Positions 28,843-32,000 of a stretch of 32,000 bases of DNA are shown here, piece after piece. The notes under the pieces were generated by a model. It ran no database searches. It was not told the origin of the DNA and was given only the letters and a program-made list of their open reading frames with translations. Position 1 is the stretch's first letter. The number at the start of each line of letters is the position of its first letter. Source of the DNA: a cyanobacterium endosymbiont of Braarudosphaera bigelowii. GTDB taxonomy: Bacteria > Cyanobacteriota > Cyanobacteriia > Cyanobacteriales > Microcystaceae. Location: contig NZ_AP024987.1 of NCBI RefSeq assembly GCF_020885515.1, positions 540,001-572,000 of the forward strand, written 5' to 3'. Made by a program: the position numbers and the translations under genes.

Positions 28843-29997
28843 ATGGACATAATGAAAGGAGAGCCCGCTTTATTAGTACTAGCCGATGGCACATTTTTTG
28901 AAGGTTTATCATTTGGCGCAAAAGGTACAGTTATGGGAGAAGTTGTATTTAATACAGGAATGACAGGATATCAAGAAGTCTTAACAGATCCAAGCTATTA
29001 TGGTCAAATTGTAAATTTTACATTTCCTGAATTAGGTAATACAGGAATAAACTATGATGATCTGGAGTCCGACAAACCTTATGTTTTTGGTGTGATTGCT
29101 AAAGACATTACATATTGTCCAAGTAATTGGCGTTCAATAGAATCTTTACCAGATTATTTGGTTCGCCATGGAATTGTAAGCATTTATGGCATTGATACTA
29201 GGCAGTTGACTCGTAAAATAAGATCCATGGGAGCAATGAATGGAATTATTTCTACAGAAGTATTAGATAAAGAAGTTTTAATATCCAAGTTGCAATCTGC
29301 TCCTTCAATGGAGGGGCTAAATTTAGTTGAGAAAATTAGTACTAGTACAATTTACCATTGGTCAATTCCTACAGATAAGAAATGGGAGTTTATAGCCGAT
29401 AAAAGTAAGTCTATTGAAGATTTGCTAACTGTTATAGTAGTTGACTTTGGAGTCAAACGAAATATCTTAAAGCGTCTAGTTAGCCATGGATGCAAAGTCA
29501 TTGTTGTTCCTCTTGACACATCGTTTAATGATATTTTGAGCTATAATCCTGACGGTATTTTTCTTTCTAACGGTCCCGGTGATCCAGCCTCAGTTACTGA
29601 AGGTATAGATCTTGTAAAATTACTTATTAAAGCTGAAATACCTATTTTTGGTATTTGTATGGGACACCAGATTCTAAGTTTAGCTTTAGGAGGCAATACG
29701 TTTAAATTAAGGTTTGGTCATCGTGGACTGAATCAACCTTGCGGATTAAATGAGAAAGTAGAGATTACAAGCCAAAATCATGGATTTGCTGTATCCAGAG
29801 AATCATTAAACAAAGATATAGAAATTAGTCACTTTAACTTAAATGACGATACTATCGCTGGGATATATCATAAAAAATTACCTTTTTTCTCTGTTCAATA
29901 CCATCCAGAAGCAAGTCCCGGACCCCACGATGCTGATTACCTGTTTACAAAATTTATTAAGCTTATGAAGCAATATAGAGCCAAATCTAATGAGTAA
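28843..29997 (+). CDS. carA: Carbamoyl-phosphate synthase small (glutaminase) subunit
   Basis: 384 aa. It has [11 protein letters not shown], the GATase triad context GICMGHQIL, and [12 protein letters not shown]. The start could alternatively be ATG 28852. Confidence 0.95.
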   Translation: MDIMKGEPALLVLADGTFFEGLSFGAKGTVMGEVVFNTGMTGYQEVLTDPSYYGQIVNFTFPELGNTGINYDDLESDKPYVFGVIAKDITYCPSNWRSIESLPDYLVRHGIVSIYGIDTRQLTRKIRSMGAMNGIISTEVLDKEVLISKLQSAPSMEGLNLVEKISTSTIYHWSIPTDKKWEFIADKSKSIEDLLTVIVVDFGVKRNILKRLVSHGCKVIVVPLDTSFNDILSYNPDGIFLSNGPGDPASVTEGIDLVKLLIKAEIPIFGICMGHQILSLALGGNTFKLRFGHRGLNQPCGLNEKVEITSQNHGFAVSRESLNKDIEISHFNLNDDTIAGIYHKKLPFFSVQYHPEASPGPHDADYLFTKFIKLMKQYRAKSNE

Positions 29998-30014
29998 TCT
30001 TATATATTTAAAAA

Positions 30015-30095
30015 TATCTTATGATTAGATACTATCTTACAGCTCAATTCTACATAGTAGAATTAAGCTGTAAGATAGTATCTAATCATAAGATA
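30015..30095. repeat. Very long near-perfect inverted repeat (hairpin) just downstream of carA
   Basis: A perfect 30-bp outer stem lies at 30015-30044 / 30066-30095. One C/A mismatch and an inner 8-bp stem (aattctac/gtagaatt) follow, closed by a 3-nt loop (ata). It starts 18 nt after the carA stop. No canonical U-tract follows on either strand. Confidence 0.85.
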
Positions 30096-30598
30096 AGAAG
30101 TTATTATCTTAGATTCCGAAAATATTTTAGGTTTACACTTACAAAGCAATAAACTCAATATACCAATAGTAACTAGAAAATTTTGCGATAAGAATACTCG
30201 ACGAACAACTAAATAAGTAAGAATATTATGTTTGAAAAAATATTATTTAATACTTTTACTGCTAATTTTTAATTTCACCTAAAATAAAATGTCATTATAT
30301 AAATTATAGATTTGTAAACTATAATTAAAGTCTAAATTAGTTTATTTGAATAGCTATTTTTTAGTATTAAATAGAATTAAGACGTTTTAATCAATGTCAT
30401 AAATATTATTATTCATGATATAAAGCAGCTATACTTGTATCGTTATTTTTGGTAATAAAAAAAACATGACATTTTATATTCTTAATTAAGAAATTAAGCT
30501 TATAGAAATTCCATACATTTTATACAACAAAATGAGGAAAAAGCTAAAAATATGAACTTTCTTTGTTCTCTCCTCCCACCCTATTTAAATATTAGCCT

Positions 30599-31486
30599 AT
30601 GCCCTGGACTAGAACTATAACAACTATTATTGGTATCTTTTTTGCTTTAGGAATATTGATTATCGGCAAATGGCTTTTTACCATTGGACTATGTGTGATA
30701 GTTTTTTTAGGACAATTAGAATATTTTCAGTTAGTCAAAGCTAAAGGAATTGTTCCTGCTACTAAAACAACTCTAATAGTATCTCAGATACTATTGATCG
30801 CAGCAGCTATTGCTCCACATTTTACAGATGCTTTGTTTACTTTAGCAGGTACATTGATTTGTTTTTATCTTCTCTTTCAATCTAAATTAGCTAGTATAGC
30901 CGATATATCTACTTCTATCCTAGGCTTATTCTATGGAGGATACTTACCTAGTTATTGGTTAAGATTAAGAGTCGGTTTTGACAGCACTATTACAAATATT
31001 AATATTGCAAATAATGATTTATTTGTTCAAAAATATTTACCTAATCTATGGACAAAATCTCAATTTTTTTCTCCTGCATTGAATATTACTTGTCTAGCCT
31101 TTAGCTGTATTTGGGCTGCTGATATTGGAGCATATATTATGGGTAAATCATTTGGTAAAACTCGTTTATCCAATATAAGTCCTAAAAAAACTGTTGAAGG
31201 CGCAATAGCTGGACTAATAGGAAGTATCATAGTTGCAGAAATTGGTTCTTGGTATTTAGGATGGCCTTATTGTTATTTAACTGGTATGGTTTTAGGAGTT
31301 CTAATTGGAATTGTAAGTCTTCTAGGAGATTTAACTGAGTCTATGATGAAGAGAGATGCAGGTGTAAAAGATTCAGGTAAGTTGATTCCTGGTCATGGTG
31401 GAATTTTAGATAGGACAGACAGTTATGTTTTTACAGCTCCTCTAGTCTATTATTTCGTAACATTGTTTTTACCACTCTTACAATAA
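30599..31486 (+). CDS. cdsA: Phosphatidate cytidylyltransferase (CDP-diacylglycerol synthase)
   Basis: 295 aa and polytopic. It has the C-terminal CDS signature SMMKRDAGVKDSGKLIPGHGGILDRTDS. Confidence 0.9.
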   Translation: MPWTRTITTIIGIFFALGILIIGKWLFTIGLCVIVFLGQLEYFQLVKAKGIVPATKTTLIVSQILLIAAAIAPHFTDALFTLAGTLICFYLLFQSKLASIADISTSILGLFYGGYLPSYWLRLRVGFDSTITNINIANNDLFVQKYLPNLWTKSQFFSPALNITCLAFSCIWAADIGAYIMGKSFGKTRLSNISPKKTVEGAIAGLIGSIIVAEIGSWYLGWPYCYLTGMVLGVLIGIVSLLGDLTESMMKRDAGVKDSGKLIPGHGGILDRTDSYVFTAPLVYYFVTLFLPLLQ

Positions 31487-31569
31487 GGAGTTTAACTATA
31501 TATAAACAATTTTAATTTTATTTAATATAATAATCTTGTCTGAGATCTACAATTATTCAGTTAAAAAAT

Positions 31570-31833
31570 ATGAAATTAAATTTTATAAAGTGGTTAAATT
31601 ATTTATTAGTAGCAAATATTTTTTTAATTTTTTTAGGATTTTTCTGGTTTTTAATAGCTTTAATTGGTCATTACTTCAATCTGCCCTTAGGCTTAAAATT
31701 ATGGTACAAATTATGGACAATATTATTTCAACCAGCCATTAGTATTTTATTTATTAGTGTTTTTGTTAACTGGTTAATTCAAAAAATTTTTATGAGTTTG
31801 AATACCATATCATCTAAAGAAAGCAAACAATAA
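31570..31833 (+). CDS. Hypothetical small membrane protein
   Basis: 87 aa with two to three hydrophobic helices. I preferred it over the overlapping 31536..31742 ORF, whose product is low-complexity. I recognise no family. Confidence 0.45.
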   Translation: MKLNFIKWLNYLLVANIFLIFLGFFWFLIALIGHYFNLPLGLKLWYKLWTILFQPAISILFISVFVNWLIQKIFMSLNTISSKESKQ

Positions 31834-32000
31834 ACATAAATTATTTGTAATAGAAAATTACTTATTATAGGCCAATAATAATCTAAACAACATCTTATCT
31901 GTATTTATGCAACTAGTCTAGCAAGATTAAATCGCAAATATTTGTATAAAGTAATATGAATAATTAAGGTAAACTATATTGTATGAACATTATTTAATAA

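Noticed and set aside
7551-30030. Recurring 'tagattaga'-like 9-mers (about 7553, 7609, 27319, 30022)
   Set aside because: These are short AT-rich words expected to recur by chance. The flanks share no similarity, so this is not a repeat family on present evidence.
30015-30095. Long hairpin interpreted as a MITE or mobile palindromic element
   Set aside because: There are no flanking target-site duplications and no second copy or related arm sequence in the window. It is kept as a structural or 3'-end element pending a genome-wide search.
31536-31742. ORF 31536..31742(+)
   Set aside because: It overlaps the 31570..31833 ORF in another frame. Its product is Lys/Phe/Tyr low-complexity, whereas the alternative encodes clear transmembrane helices.
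1-32000. Search for a defence system, toxin-antitoxin pair, CRISPR array, prophage or IS element
   Set aside because: There are no direct-repeat arrays. No nuclease/ATPase/methylase clusters occur beyond housekeeping recF and sbcD. No integrase or transposase is present, and no small adjacent ORF pairs are typical of TA modules. The HTH protein lacks a catalytic recombinase domain.

Overview
The window reads as a housekeeping chromosomal segment from a strongly AT-rich cyanobacterium. I found no rRNA, tRNA, CRISPR array, transposase, integrase or recognisable defence or mobile island. The cyanobacterial assignment rests on gene content: dnaJ, a TusA-like gene, rsgA, glyS, hup, frr/pyrH, map, sbcD, PDH E2, ubiD, gyrB, cobA/cbiX, recF, carA and cdsA. 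Several unknown-function families that I recall as restricted to cyanobacteria and plastid lineages also support it. My CDS calls cover about 25.0 kb of 32 kb (about 78%). Many ORF-free, very AT-rich spacers of 350-600 bp remain. Together with a single HIP1 octamer, this looks like a reduced, endosymbiont-like cyanobacterial genome (UCYN-A or diatom spheroid-body type). I cannot confirm that without a database search. I did not find a convincing novel multi-gene system. The items most worth a second look are these. (1) A translationally coupled pair of unknown function (DUF3038-like and DUF4335-like). (2) A fusion of a di-iron hydroxylase/desaturase with a short-chain dehydrogenase. (3) An HTH / acidic linker / unknown C-terminal domain protein divergent from carA. 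(4) Unusually long near-perfect RNA hairpins at gene 3' ends: 79-81 nt after carA and 53 nt after glyS. (5) A perfect 17-bp inverted repeat inside the 3' end of sbcD. (6) A 59-codon ORF below the cutoff of the supplied ORF track. Family names are from memory and need HMM confirmation.
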